From assembly GCA_033580815.1 (NCBI GenBank), contig JAVQUC010000002.1:4259-68258 (forward strand): 64,000 bases of DNA, read 5' to 3'. Positions 47,902-57,860 of this stretch are shown here, one piece after another. Made by a program: the position numbers and the translations under genes. Under the pieces are notes generated by a model that ran no database searches, had not been told where the DNA came from, and saw only the letters and a list, made by a program, of their open reading frames with translations. Source of the stretch: Candidatus Caldarchaeum sp. GTDB taxonomy: Archaea; Thermoproteota; Nitrososphaeria_A; Caldarchaeales; Caldarchaeaceae. Within the stretch, counting starts at the first letter, position 1. Every line of letters begins with the position of its first letter.

Positions 47902-48568
47902 CTAGGCTTCGCCTCCTCAAGCTGATCAATCTATCAGATATCTCCCGAGAAAGAACGTCAACCATGTTTTCTGGGTTGAAAATTTTCCAAACCTGATGGG
48001 GCCGCCATTCCGAATAGACGTTGTAGTAGTGTTCCACTCTTTCCTGGAGCTCCTCGTCTCTTTCAAACTGGATGTCTGAGGACGGCGTTTTTTGGGCCGT
48101 GCGTTGCTTTCTTGTTTGGGGGTCCACGGTGACTATGATGACGAGGTCGGGCCCGACAAAAACGTTTGTTCCAAGCTCTTCGATCGTCTCGAAAAATTTC
48201 TTGAATTTCTCCGCGTCAAGTAAGCTACTGTTTCTCTTGGCCGTCAACGAAAAACCGTAGACGACTGAACAGAGGTAGTATCGGTCTATGTGGAGAAAAT
48301 CAGGCTTTTTCTCCTCGATCAATCTTCTTATTACCCTGCTGTCGTCCGACGTGTTTGCAAGGAAGAGAAACATCCTAGTTAGTGAATCTATCGTCGGCGT
48401 GTTTCCGTGTTGCTGAGCAAACAATCCGGTAGGGGAATTGCTGGGGGTTTTGTACGTTTCGACAGAGTAGCCGAGCTCAAACTGTCTACGAGCAACGGCA
48501 TTGAGCAAAGTTGTTTTACCTGACCCATCCACACCCTCCCAGACAACGATGAATGTGTTTCCGAGCAT
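47894..48568 (-). CDS. tmk: Thymidylate-kinase-family nucleoside monophosphate kinase (224 aa)
   Basis: P-loop VWEGVDGSGKTT matches the Tmk EGxDGSGK(T/S)T motif. Confidence 0.6.
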   Translation of the reverse strand: MLGNTFIVVWEGVDGSGKTTLLNAVARRQFELGYSVETYKTPSNSPTGLFAQQHGNTPTIDSLTRMFLFLANTSDDSRVIRRLIEEKKPDFLHIDRYYLCSVVYGFSLTAKRNSSLLDAEKFKKFFETIEELGTNVFVGPDLVIIVTVDPQTRKQRTAQKTPSSDIQFERDEELQERVEHYYNVYSEWRPHQVWKIFNPENMVDVLSREISDRLISLRRRSLGG

Positions 48569-48644
48569 CCAAACACTCTTTTAGCCAATTTTTATTAAGT
48601 GTTTGTCGCCGAAAGTTTAAAAACGTCTCAGCTTCAAGATTTAA

Positions 48645-49070
48645 ATGGGCAATATGCCAGTAACTTTACGCGTTAGAGATATCATGGATAAAAAAGTGGT
48701 AGAGGTTGATGAGAATACCTCTATTGCAGATGTCATAAAGGCGATGATGCAGAATGAAGTTTGGTCCGTCGTCGTGACGAGGCATAAGCTTCCAGTTGGA
48801 GTTGTGACTGAACGCGATATAATCCGCAGATGCATCGCAAGGGGCTGCGCCCTGACGATGAAGGTCGGCGAGATCATGTCCTCGCCCATAGAAACCATAT
48901 CACCGGATGCAACTCTTGGTGAGGCAATGGCAAAGCTGGTTGAGAAAAACATCCGCCGGCTGTTTGTCGTAGAGAACGGAAAAATCATAGGCCGGGTTAC
49001 CCAAACGGAGTTGTTTGAGAATACCTTAAACGTCATGATGGTGTTGTCAGCGCTGAAGTCTCAGCTTTGA
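48645..49070 (+). CDS. CBS-domain pair protein (141 aa)
   Basis: Two CBS repeats (…VVVTRHKLPVGVVTERDIIRR… / …LFVVENGKIIGRVTQTEL…). Confidence 0.7.
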   Translation: MGNMPVTLRVRDIMDKKVVEVDENTSIADVIKAMMQNEVWSVVVTRHKLPVGVVTERDIIRRCIARGCALTMKVGEIMSSPIETISPDATLGEAMAKLVEKNIRRLFVVENGKIIGRVTQTELFENTLNVMMVLSALKSQL

Positions 49071-49444
49071 AAGTCGTGGTTTACGCCAGAGCCGTAGTTC
49101 ATCCAACGGAAGATAAACTAAAGGTGACTCAAGCCCTTCTTAACGTTTTTCCCACTGCCTCGATCACTGGCGGAGAAGGCGAGGTATTGGCGAAAATCGA
49201 ATCGTTAAAAGGTTTGGAAAAGATGAAAATGATAATTCGGTCACGTCGGATTAGAAACACGGTGAAAACGCTGCTATCCAGAGGAATCGAAGGAAACAGG
49301 ATAGTCTTCTATTTGAACAAGCAAGCCGCCGCGGCGGGCAAGCTGTCTTTCTATGAAAAGGGTGAGGTGATGGCTCTCGGACCTGTGGAGGTCGTGGTTG
49401 AAACCGACGACCCGTCAGGATTTATCAACTGGTTGACCGAGTAG
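49067..49444 (+). CDS. Conserved archaeal hypothetical protein (125 aa)
   Basis: Coupled to the CBS gene by a stop/start overlap. No family recognised with confidence. Confidence 0.3.
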   Translation: MKVVVYARAVVHPTEDKLKVTQALLNVFPTASITGGEGEVLAKIESLKGLEKMKMIIRSRRIRNTVKTLLSRGIEGNRIVFYLNKQAAAAGKLSFYEKGEVMALGPVEVVVETDDPSGFINWLTE

Positions 49445-49447
49445 AAC

Positions 49448-50362
49448 CTATGGAAAGGGGACAGAGTAGGAGAGGAAATCTTCAGCAACATAAGTCTCAG
49501 GAAAAACAGCACGCGCCTCCAGTAGAAGCATGTCTGTTTCCTCGTATCTTGGGCTGATGTGAAAAAGATACAACCTTTTAACCGCTGCCTTAACAGCTGT
49601 TTTGGCCGCGTCCTCAGCCGTTGAATGGCCTTCCTCTAACGCCTTCGCCCTTAAAGTGCTATCAAAGGTTGAATCGTGGATCAAAACGTCTGCGCCACGG
49701 GATTCTTCAACAACCTGCTGACACGGCCGTGTGTCGCCTGTGTAGACGATTTTTCGACCAGGTCTCGGAGGTTCCATGGCCTCCTCCGGAGTGATCACCC
49801 TTCCCTGGAACTCGATGGAACTTCCTTTCTGAAGCATGCCCCAAAGCGGACCACGGGGAACCTTCAAAGAATCGAGAAATTCGGTTCTCATCCTTCCAGG
49901 CCTTTCATCTTCCTTCAACACAAACCCTAGAGAGAACGAGGTGTGGTCGGTTTTGAAGCATGAAACCGTTGCGTTTTCAATCTTGACCGCGTCGCCTGGC
50001 TTCATCTCCTTTACGACCGTCTTGAAAGTGAGCATGCCTAGCTGCGGTCGCATCACCGCATGGAGGAATTCCGCTGTATTTGGTGGGCCGTATATGTTGA
50101 CGTCCTCTTTTCTTCCGTTCATCGACAGAGTAAACAGCAGTCCTGGAAGGCCTAGGACATGGTCTCCATGGAGATGTGTTAGAAATATGTGGAAACTAGG
50201 TTTAGTCCCTATTCCAGCGTTGATAAACTGTCTCTGGGTGCCCTCTCCACAATCGAGCAACAAAAGAGATGACTTGAGACGGATAGCGATGGCAGGCAGT
50301 CCTCTTTTCTTTGTCGGCATGCCGCCGCTCGTGCCGAGAAACACTAACTTCATCTCACTCAA
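49448..50362 (-). CDS. rnz: Ribonuclease Z (tRNA 3' endonuclease), 304 aa
   Basis: Metallo-beta-lactamase HxHxDH motif (LTHLHGDH) and short-form RNase Z length. Confidence 0.8.
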   Translation of the reverse strand: MSEMKLVFLGTSGGMPTKKRGLPAIAIRLKSSLLLLDCGEGTQRQFINAGIGTKPSFHIFLTHLHGDHVLGLPGLLFTLSMNGRKEDVNIYGPPNTAEFLHAVMRPQLGMLTFKTVVKEMKPGDAVKIENATVSCFKTDHTSFSLGFVLKEDERPGRMRTEFLDSLKVPRGPLWGMLQKGSSIEFQGRVITPEEAMEPPRPGRKIVYTGDTRPCQQVVEESRGADVLIHDSTFDSTLRAKALEEGHSTAEDAAKTAVKAAVKRLYLFHISPRYEETDMLLLEARAVFPETYVAEDFLSYSVPFP

Positions 50363-51374
50363 GAACCATCACCACGACACGTCGGGTCAAGCTCTTGTGA
50401 ACGTAAAGGTCGTGATATTCGACGGGTTTAAAGATGCTGCATGCCTCGAGCAGGTCTGAGAAATGTGTTCTTGGAACTGTTATAGCCATCCGTGCTTTCT
50501 CTTCGAGGGCTTTCACAGCTGCTTCAGAGAACTCCTTGATGAGGTTTTTGAAAGTGGTTCCGCCGAGGGTTGCAGATCGGCCATAGGGCGGGTCGGTAGC
50601 AACCGAGTCGAAAGCCCTGGTGAACGGTAGACGTTTTGCATCCCCTTGGATGACGTGACAGTTGGATGGACTATATGTGTAGACATTTTTCCTCATGCCG
50701 TTCGAAATCCATGTTTTTAGCTCAAGCCCGACGGCCTCATGGCCCATCAACCCAGCTTCGACCACCACGGCACCAGAACCGGCGAAGGGATCTAGAATTC
50801 GGGACCTCTGGCTTCTTATAGAGAGGTTCACAAGACAGCGCGCCAGCTTGGGCTGAAGAGCTGACGGAATTTTGAAAGGCCTTTTGCCCGCCTTTCTGTC
50901 GGCAAAAAACTTCTTCGGCTTGACGGCTAAGCCAAGGCCGACCAAACATATTTTCGGAGAAACAGCGACGAAAAAGGATACGTCAGGTTTCGTGAGGTTA
51001 ACTCGAGCTCCCCGCACATTAGCGATGACCTCTGCCGCAACCCGCTTCTCAACATCGACGGAATTGGCTTGAGCGCCGCCGATCTTGTAGACTGAAACAT
51101 CAAAGCTTTTGAAGGGAGGTAATTTCCCTTCCCATCCAGGTTCGAAAACCAGCTGATCGAGTGAAACCCCTTCTGAAACCAGTTGTCCAGCCAGCTTAGT
51201 GTATGCGGCTCTCTGGACGATTTCGCGTGCCGTGGCCGTGTTGACATCAGAAATAACTATCCGATCGTCTATTCGATACACGAGACTGGTATTGCCTAAG
51301 GTTTCGAGGAGATGTTTCAGCTCGCTGGCAGAAAGAGCTGGGTTTTCGCCTGAAAGGAGGAAGAAAGTCCGCAA
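50355..51374 (-). CDS. trm11: tRNA (guanine10-N2)-methyltransferase Trm11/TrmG10 (THUMP + MTase), 339 aa
   Basis: SAM-binding DPFAGSGAV and catalytic DPPYG motifs after an N-terminal THUMP-like region. Confidence 0.75.
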   Translation of the reverse strand: MRTFFLLSGENPALSASELKHLLETLGNTSLVYRIDDRIVISDVNTATAREIVQRAAYTKLAGQLVSEGVSLDQLVFEPGWEGKLPPFKSFDVSVYKIGGAQANSVDVEKRVAAEVIANVRGARVNLTKPDVSFFVAVSPKICLVGLGLAVKPKKFFADRKAGKRPFKIPSALQPKLARCLVNLSIRSQRSRILDPFAGSGAVVVEAGLMGHEAVGLELKTWISNGMRKNVYTYSPSNCHVIQGDAKRLPFTRAFDSVATDPPYGRSATLGGTTFKNLIKEFSEAAVKALEEKARMAITVPRTHFSDLLEACSIFKPVEYHDLYVHKSLTRRVVVMVLE

Positions 51375-51378
51375 GGCG

Positions 51379-52245
51379 TCAGACTAGATGGGAGGCGATT
51401 AAGCCGGCGACCGATGCGTAGCCGTAGGGGTTTGGTATCGTGTCCGTGGTGAACAATACATCGGCTCCGGCTGATAATATTTTTTCTGCAGCCGAATCGA
51501 TGAAAAGTCCGTGGACTGCTGCGACGATTACCTTACGTGGGGCGAATTTCTTGAGTAGCCGGAGAGATTTTATGATCGTGTTGCCGGTGCTTATCACGTC
51601 GTCGACGAGAACTATCTCCCTGTTCGACGGAATGTTGTCGGCCGTAACGGACACTTCGCCCGTCTCTGGGTCACGTGAAGTTCTCAAAACACCGTGCTCA
51701 GCCTCGAGCACAGACGCCACCGCCTCAGCCATCTCGGCACCCTTTTTTCCCGGCGAAACCACGAAAGGCTTTTCAACGCCAGCTTGGATGATGTAGGATG
51801 CAAGAAGCCCCGACGCATCTATGTTACCAATCATGACCGGCGACTCAGAGACGACCCAAGGCGAATGAATGTTGACCGTGATTATTTTGTGGACTTCAGC
51901 GGTTTTCAAGGCCTTTAATACAGCGTGAATGCTGACTGCTTCACCGTGGAGAAATCTTCTATCTTGTCGAGCATAAGCCATGTAGGGCACGACAGCCTTG
52001 ACTCGTTCTGCCCCGCATCCTTTTGCAGCGTCAGCCAGAAGAAGCAGCCTGATAAAATTGGTGTCTTGTGGAGGATGAAGGCCTTGGACGATGACCGCTT
52101 CTTCGCCGTCAAGGTTTCCAACGATTCTCACGTATGATTCGCCGTCCGGGAAAAGTCGGTCAACAACCTCAACCGCTTCGACGTTAGCGAATTTAGCAAT
52201 CTTTTCCGCGAGCTGTTTGGACGATGGCCCCTTAACTATTTTCAA
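51379..52245 (-). CDS. prs: Ribose-phosphate pyrophosphokinase (PRPP synthetase), 288 aa
   Basis: PRPP-binding loop VLVDDVISTGNT and archaeal Prs length. Confidence 0.8.
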   Translation of the reverse strand: MKIVKGPSSKQLAEKIAKFANVEAVEVVDRLFPDGESYVRIVGNLDGEEAVIVQGLHPPQDTNFIRLLLLADAAKGCGAERVKAVVPYMAYARQDRRFLHGEAVSIHAVLKALKTAEVHKIITVNIHSPWVVSESPVMIGNIDASGLLASYIIQAGVEKPFVVSPGKKGAEMAEAVASVLEAEHGVLRTSRDPETGEVSVTADNIPSNREIVLVDDVISTGNTIIKSLRLLKKFAPRKVIVAAVHGLFIDSAAEKILSAGADVLFTTDTIPNPYGYASVAGLIASHLV

Positions 52246-52343
52246 CGATGAAACAGTCTTGATTAGACCAATTAATAGTTACTCGGCGGTGAATACGCCG
52301 TATTTGGTAAACGCTTAAATAATTTGAGGCTTTTGCTGGTTCC

Positions 52344-52493
52344 ATGCAGGAGAAGCTCGAGCAGAAGGAAATTCCCGAGCCATCGCTTCCGGTCTGCGAA
52401 GCGACCCTCATGCCGGTTTCAGACGAATACACGTTCATACACCACAACTCCATCCAAATCGGAGTCCTGAAATACATCGAGAAGGCACCCTAG
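52344..52493 (+). CDS. Candidate 49-aa small ORF (MQEKLEQKEIPEPSLPVCEATLMPVSDEYTFIHHNSIQIGVLKYIEKAP). Its stop abuts the ATG of the next gene.
   Basis: Read by hand; it is below the ORF-track cutoff. TAG at 52491-93 is immediately followed by ATG at 52494. The competing minus-strand ORF 52232..52477 looks low-complexity. Confidence 0.25.
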   Translation: MQEKLEQKEIPEPSLPVCEATLMPVSDEYTFIHHNSIQIGVLKYIEKAP

Positions 52494-53228
52494 ATGAGCT
52501 ACGGGTTCGACGAATTCGAGTCCAAGTTAGGGCAGTTCATATACACGATGGTGATGTATGAAAGGCTCCGCGACTACCTGCTGGAGAAGCTGAAGGGCAA
52601 GGACCGCTTGTCGGTCCGGATAAACCTCGGAGCGGACAAAACGGGAAACCAAGTGTTCATGGACGTGATACTGACGGCCGTTAAGCCTCAGCTGTTGGTG
52701 AAAACCGAGAAGACCCACGAGCCCTCGAAGAAAACCCTCTTCCTCGTTCTATCCAACGACAAGGTTGCCGGCGAGCGTCGCCACATAGCCTCTGAGATGG
52801 AAAGACTCATCTTAGAGAGCTTGAAGTGGTGGCACGGATATTTCGGGGATAAAGACCGTTTAATGCTGAACGAATGGAGGTCTGAGAAGGCTGAGGTTTT
52901 TGAGGGGAGCGTGGTGGGAGCTGTCGTCGAGATTCCTGTGGGGAAGATCGTTGTTCCACCAACTTTAGCTGCTTCTGTCTCTGAAGAAGAATACGAGGTT
53001 CTCGCGCAGTTTGCTGAGGTGTTGGGGCCGATCATCGTCAGACCATTGGAAAACGCGTTGTTTGAGCTCGTCAGCGGGGCAAAGCTATTCAGCGTTCTCG
53101 TCAACAAACTGGGTTACGAGAAAATCAAGGCAATCGTGCTCGACATGGATGACGAAAGAGCTTCCAGCATAAGGTCGGAGTTTGACGAAAAAACCGAAAA
53201 ATTTGTTAAAGCCGTTTTAAGCAGATGA
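52494..53228 (+). CDS. Hypothetical protein, 244 aa, no recognisable family
   Basis: Long ORF, acidic C-terminus. Followed after 3 nt by a dual-specificity phosphatase. Confidence 0.4.
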   Translation: MSYGFDEFESKLGQFIYTMVMYERLRDYLLEKLKGKDRLSVRINLGADKTGNQVFMDVILTAVKPQLLVKTEKTHEPSKKTLFLVLSNDKVAGERRHIASEMERLILESLKWWHGYFGDKDRLMLNEWRSEKAEVFEGSVVGAVVEIPVGKIVVPPTLAASVSEEEYEVLAQFAEVLGPIIVRPLENALFELVSGAKLFSVLVNKLGYEKIKAIVLDMDDERASSIRSEFDEKTEKFVKAVLSR

Positions 53229-53231
53229 CCC

Positions 53232-53723
53232 GTGCCGCCTATCCTGAGAAAAATTCAGGGATTCTTAATGGGGAGGCCGCCCAACTACCAGGAAATATTC
53301 GAAAGAGTCGTGGCAAGCGGCCTTCCGAGCACGAAAAGACACGTCCGATACCTTCGAGACCGCGGAATAACAGCGATAATCAGCCTAACTGAATTTCCAC
53401 TTCCCAAGAAACTACTTGACGGAACAACCATCAAATACTTCCACTTCCCCCTTGAAGACCATAAGCCAGCAGACCCCAACACAATTCGCGAAATCGTGAA
53501 AACAATCCAAACGCTCGTAAAGTCGGGTGACAAAGTGCTTGTTCACTGCCTTGCCGGTCTCGGCCGGACTGGAATGGTCTTAGCTGCCTACCTGATGATG
53601 GAAGAAAAAATTGATTGGCGGGCTAGTTTGGAGAGGGTGCGTACGTTACGGCCTGGCTCTGTCGAAGCGGGCCAGGAGAAGACGTTGGAAGAACTTGAAA
53701 AAAGAGTCAAACTTGGCTTTTGA
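53232..53723 (+). CDS. Dual-specificity / tyrosine protein phosphatase (163 aa)
   Basis: Catalytic CX5R P-loop VHCLAGLGRTG. Confidence 0.75.
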   Translation: MPPILRKIQGFLMGRPPNYQEIFERVVASGLPSTKRHVRYLRDRGITAIISLTEFPLPKKLLDGTTIKYFHFPLEDHKPADPNTIREIVKTIQTLVKSGDKVLVHCLAGLGRTGMVLAAYLMMEEKIDWRASLERVRTLRPGSVEAGQEKTLEELEKRVKLGF

Positions 53724-55842
53724 TTGAGGACGCTACCTTGGGGCCTATGCTGGGAATTTTCGAAAGCTCTTCGACTGAGGCGTTTCTCAGGTCTTCGATG
53801 CTCTTGTATCCGGCGTTGTAGAGGTTTCGGGCCCGAACTCGGCCGACACCCTGAAGAGCAACCAGCGGAAGAAGCTCCTCCTTCACACCGTTTTCCACGC
53901 GGGACGACAATATATCGAATTGGCGCATCAAATCCCTCTTCCCCAAAATCTGCATCAACTGCGAGGCAGAATATGCAATCCAGCTAGTCCTCTCCCGCAA
54001 AACCGCCAAGTCTCCCGGCTCTACACCGAACCTTTCATACAGCTCCCCTTCTCCTGTTTCGTCTATCCATGCCTTCATCAACACAGCCGTCTTCAGCGAG
54101 TCGAGGAAAAGTTCGTATTCATCCGGGTCTTCGGTCGGATCTGGTATCTCGAAAAACTGTTCACGGTTCTCCTCGACGAACCTCTCGAGCTTCCATTGCT
54201 CCACACGTCTCATCGGAACGGTGGGAACTTCGGAGGTGTTACAGACAACTTGGAGAAGGCCGAGGTCCGTGAAAATTTTTGGCTTTTTTTCGCATGTTTT
54301 GATGATTTTGACGGCGGTCAGAGGGTCGATGTAAAGCTCCGAAACCCTACGGCCTAAACGTGTTGCCTCCAAGACATCGTCCTGTTTTATGAATCCTTCA
54401 CTTTCCAAGAATTCAACTGATGTTTCGAGGGACTTGCGAACCATTGCTGAACCAAACTGATGGCAGAGGAACGTCGATTCGAAGAATCTCACTAAGCCGT
54501 CGAGATTTTTTATGGTTTCAGAAGCGATAACTGCGAGCGCTTGTATGCGTAGATGTTTTTCGCTCCCGAGCCTCGACCATATCCGCTCCGGTTTGCCTTT
54601 CACGTATTTTTCCATTATCAGCTCCAATTCATCCTCGTTACGTGCTATGGTCAAAGCTTCACCGTAGCTGTCGTAGTTGGGCCTTCCAGCCCTTCCGCAA
54701 AACTGCTTATATTCGGTGACGGAAATGCTCCTCACACCCTCTCCAACCTCATAACGTCTGAGCTCAGGTATGATGACCACGCGGGCTGGAAGGTTCACCC
54801 CCGCCGCGAGAGTAGGCGTGGCGCATAAAGCCTTCAAAACCCTCTGCCTAAAGGCGTTCTCTACGTATCGTCTGTGAACAGCGCCGAGGCCTGCGTGGTG
54901 AAAGCAAGCACCCTGTCTTATGAGGGCTGCGACGCGTTCCGTAAAGGAAGATGTTTCGGTCGCCAGTAAAAGCTCATCAGCCAACTGGCTAAGCTGGTAT
55001 TTCTCCTTGTCCGAAACGAGGCCGTGTCGAACGAGTGCTGCGGCAGCTTTCTCAGCGTATTGCTCCGCTCTTTTTCGGGTGTTGGCGAAGATGATGACCT
55101 GCCCGCCGTCGGCAACTGTTTCGACGAGGAGGGATATCGCTGGGTTGTAGTCGTTTTCGTTGACCCTACGCTTTGTCTTGTCTGCGTATGTTATTTCGCC
55201 GTCATGGTATACGCCCTCTTTGAGGGGAACCGGCCTCCAGTTGAGGGCGACTAGTTGTGCGTTGAGCCATTCAGCAAGTTCCTCGGCGTTTGGAGCTGTC
55301 GCACTAAGGGCTAGTAGCTGGGCTCGTGGGTTTTTGTTCCGGAGCCTCGTCAAAGTCATTTCCAAAGTTGGGCCACGGTCAACGTCTCCTATGGTATGCA
55401 CTTCGTCGGCCACCAAGAGAGATATGCTGTCTATCCATGGAGCCCTGTGTCTGAGAAGGCTGTCGGCTTTTTCATTCGTGGCTATAATGACATCGTAAGA
55501 GCCGAGCCATGGGTCGGCGGAGTCGTAGTCGCCTGTACTCGCGACGACCTTGAATTCATCACGCAAAAAATTGGAAAACTCAGCGAACTTCTCGGAAGCT
55601 AGAGCACGCAAGGGGGTCAGATATAGAACTTTTCCCCCTTTTACGAGATGATTGTAAGCCGCCATCATGGCAATCAGGGTTTTTCCAGAGGCTGTCGGGG
55701 TGGCGACCATCAACGCTTTTCCTTCGAGAAGGCCTTTCTCCAGAGCATGCGCTTGAGGGGGGTAGAAACTGGTTATTCCTATTCTTTCGAGGGCTTTACG
55801 GAGGAACGGCGGCGTGTCGGCTGGAGTTCTGAAGGTTGTCAT
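53707..55842 (-). CDS. hel308: Hel308/Hjm Ski2-like DNA helicase (711 aa)
   Basis: SF2 motifs (ATPTASGKT, DEVH, SATAPN), winged-helix and ratchet domains, and a C-terminal HhH (…LQGVGRVRARNLYNAGY…). Confidence 0.85.
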   Translation of the reverse strand: MTTFRTPADTPPFLRKALERIGITSFYPPQAHALEKGLLEGKALMVATPTASGKTLIAMMAAYNHLVKGGKVLYLTPLRALASEKFAEFSNFLRDEFKVVASTGDYDSADPWLGSYDVIIATNEKADSLLRHRAPWIDSISLLVADEVHTIGDVDRGPTLEMTLTRLRNKNPRAQLLALSATAPNAEELAEWLNAQLVALNWRPVPLKEGVYHDGEITYADKTKRRVNENDYNPAISLLVETVADGGQVIIFANTRKRAEQYAEKAAAALVRHGLVSDKEKYQLSQLADELLLATETSSFTERVAALIRQGACFHHAGLGAVHRRYVENAFRQRVLKALCATPTLAAGVNLPARVVIIPELRRYEVGEGVRSISVTEYKQFCGRAGRPNYDSYGEALTIARNEDELELIMEKYVKGKPERIWSRLGSEKHLRIQALAVIASETIKNLDGLVRFFESTFLCHQFGSAMVRKSLETSVEFLESEGFIKQDDVLEATRLGRRVSELYIDPLTAVKIIKTCEKKPKIFTDLGLLQVVCNTSEVPTVPMRRVEQWKLERFVEENREQFFEIPDPTEDPDEYELFLDSLKTAVLMKAWIDETGEGELYERFGVEPGDLAVLRERTSWIAYSASQLMQILGKRDLMRQFDILSSRVENGVKEELLPLVALQGVGRVRARNLYNAGYKSIEDLRNASVEELSKIPSIGPKVASSIKSQV

Positions 55843-57860
55843 GTAACCTTGTAAGCACCCGTTCTGGGCATGAATACGCGGCCGTCGGTAATCAGCCGCG
55901 TAAGAATTTTCGTGATCTCCTCATCAGTCAACCCTTCCTGTAAAAGTGCTGAACGGAGCTCCTGCTCCGCGGCGTATCCGCTTTTCTCCTCAAACCTCTT
56001 TATCATGTCGATGACTGTTTTCATCTTTTCGCGGACGCTTTTGGGCTTTCCCGTCATTATCACGTCGATGTCTGGTTTGCCCGTCTCGATGTCGACACCA
56101 ACCTCCTGAAGGCTTTTCTTCATCAACAGAATTACAGCGGCCGCATCTTCTTCGTCGGCCGTCGTCCTAAGGCGGGCTCTTGCATGAGCTTCCGTCAACC
56201 TGATGAGTGATTCGAACTGCCTAGCGGTAATGCTCACTGTCGAAGTAGTTTCGTACAGCGACCTCATCTTCAGATAAAACTCTTCGAGAAGCCGGAGAGC
56301 CTTGCTCGACACGGTCGGCTCGTATCTCTTTGCGTAGGCAATGTATTTTCGCAACATGTCAGGGGGGATTGGTGGAGCTCTTTCGGGCTCGCCAAGCTGG
56401 TGAAGCGCGGAAATGTGGGCAGAAATTTTTCTGTCGACATCGGGGTTTGGCTCGTCCCGGAGCACAAAGATTAGGTCGAAACGAGAAAGAATCGTTATCG
56501 GAAGGTTTACGTTTTCGGCGAAATTTTTGTATGGGTCGTATCGACCGAATGCAGGGTTCGCCGCCGCGAGGACGGCCGTTCTCGCGTTAAGCGTCGCCAC
56601 GATACCTCCTTTAGCGATGCTCACGGTCTGCTGGGCCATGGCTTCATGAATGGCGACGCGGTCTTCAGGACGCATCTTGTCGATTTCATCGATGCAGCAA
56701 ACACCCATGTCCGCCAAAACCATGGCACCGGCCTCAAGAACCATGCCCCCTTCTTTTTCACGGATGACGGCAGCAGTCAACCCAGCCGCGGTCGACCCCC
56801 TGCCGGAGGTGTAGATTCCGCGCGGAGCGATCGATGCAACGTACTGAAGAATCTGGCTTTTCGCCGTTCCAGGGTCGCCAACCAAAAGCACGTTTATGTC
56901 TCCTCTCACGCGTAGTCCGTCAGGGAAAACTTTGGACCTACCGCCCATGAGGAGTAGTAAAATAGCTTTTTTGACGTGGTCGAGGCCGTAAATCGAAGGC
57001 GCGACCGAGTCAACAAGTTTGTTGATGATGAACGCGTCTTCGGCCATTTTCTTGAAAAGTCTTTCGTCTTCTGGGGAGATGTGGACTGCCTGAGGCTCTT
57101 TGCTCGCCGGCTCGATGCTCACAGCCTCAAGGTATATTCGGAAAGTCTTGAGAGGGCCTTCGCCTCCTCTTTCCTGAATGGATTCCACCACGCCGACACC
57201 AATAACTCTGTCACCGGGCCTGACAACGTCTACCAAATCATCTTTGAGCCTCATCTCGATGACGCGTGGAAGCTGTCCCGGAGGAAGGTCTTCAGGCTTT
57301 TCCTGCACACCGATAACCTGATAATCCATGTAGGCGGACTCCTCTGGGACGAGTTCGAAGCTTGGTCTCCGACTACCCCTGCACGTCTTGTCGAGGCAGG
57401 CTTCAGGAGTTAATAACTTCTGAGAAACCTGTTCAACTTCCTGGGTCAACCCACAGTAACGGCAACGGAAAACACCTATCCTAAGAATGGGCTTTACTGC
57501 AGACGCCTTCGAAACCAACCCGTCAACCATAACGAGTTTCCGCAGGTGCTCAGACCTGACCTCCCTAATCGAAGTGACGGCAGGAAGAGAAACAACTCTG
57601 GCAGTGAACGATTTTATTGAGGCAGCGTATTCAGGGTCCTCTATCTGCAGCTGCCTGTAACAAGCTCTGTTAAGGATGTTGTACATGACTTTAGGCCTGT
57701 TTACAAGCTCAGTCGCAAATCTTTCGTCAAATTTTATTAGATCGGCGAAGTCAACGGGTATGCTTCGTTTCTTTTTAATCGCGGATTCGCGAAGGAGCTC
57801 CCGATACTTTTCAGACTTAAAGAAGGAGACCAGCTTCTCCTCAAGAGGCTGTGACTCCAT
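55839..57860 (-). CDS. mcm: MCM replicative helicase (673 aa, no inteins)
   Basis: Zn finger CRYCG…C…C, Walker A GDPGTAKSQ, Walker B CCIDEIDKM and an arginine-finger region. Confidence 0.9.
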   Translation of the reverse strand: MESQPLEEKLVSFFKSEKYRELLRESAIKKKRSIPVDFADLIKFDERFATELVNRPKVMYNILNRACYRQLQIEDPEYAASIKSFTARVVSLPAVTSIREVRSEHLRKLVMVDGLVSKASAVKPILRIGVFRCRYCGLTQEVEQVSQKLLTPEACLDKTCRGSRRPSFELVPEESAYMDYQVIGVQEKPEDLPPGQLPRVIEMRLKDDLVDVVRPGDRVIGVGVVESIQERGGEGPLKTFRIYLEAVSIEPASKEPQAVHISPEDERLFKKMAEDAFIINKLVDSVAPSIYGLDHVKKAILLLLMGGRSKVFPDGLRVRGDINVLLVGDPGTAKSQILQYVASIAPRGIYTSGRGSTAAGLTAAVIREKEGGMVLEAGAMVLADMGVCCIDEIDKMRPEDRVAIHEAMAQQTVSIAKGGIVATLNARTAVLAAANPAFGRYDPYKNFAENVNLPITILSRFDLIFVLRDEPNPDVDRKISAHISALHQLGEPERAPPIPPDMLRKYIAYAKRYEPTVSSKALRLLEEFYLKMRSLYETTSTVSITARQFESLIRLTEAHARARLRTTADEEDAAAVILLMKKSLQEVGVDIETGKPDIDVIMTGKPKSVREKMKTVIDMIKRFEEKSGYAAEQELRSALLQEGLTDEEITKILTRLITDGRVFMPRTGAYKVT

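Noticed and set aside
52232-52477. 81-aa minus-strand ORF between prs and the hypothetical gene
   Set aside because: Low-complexity Cys/Ser-rich translation. The plus-strand 49-aa ORF coupled to the downstream gene is a better, though still weak, candidate.
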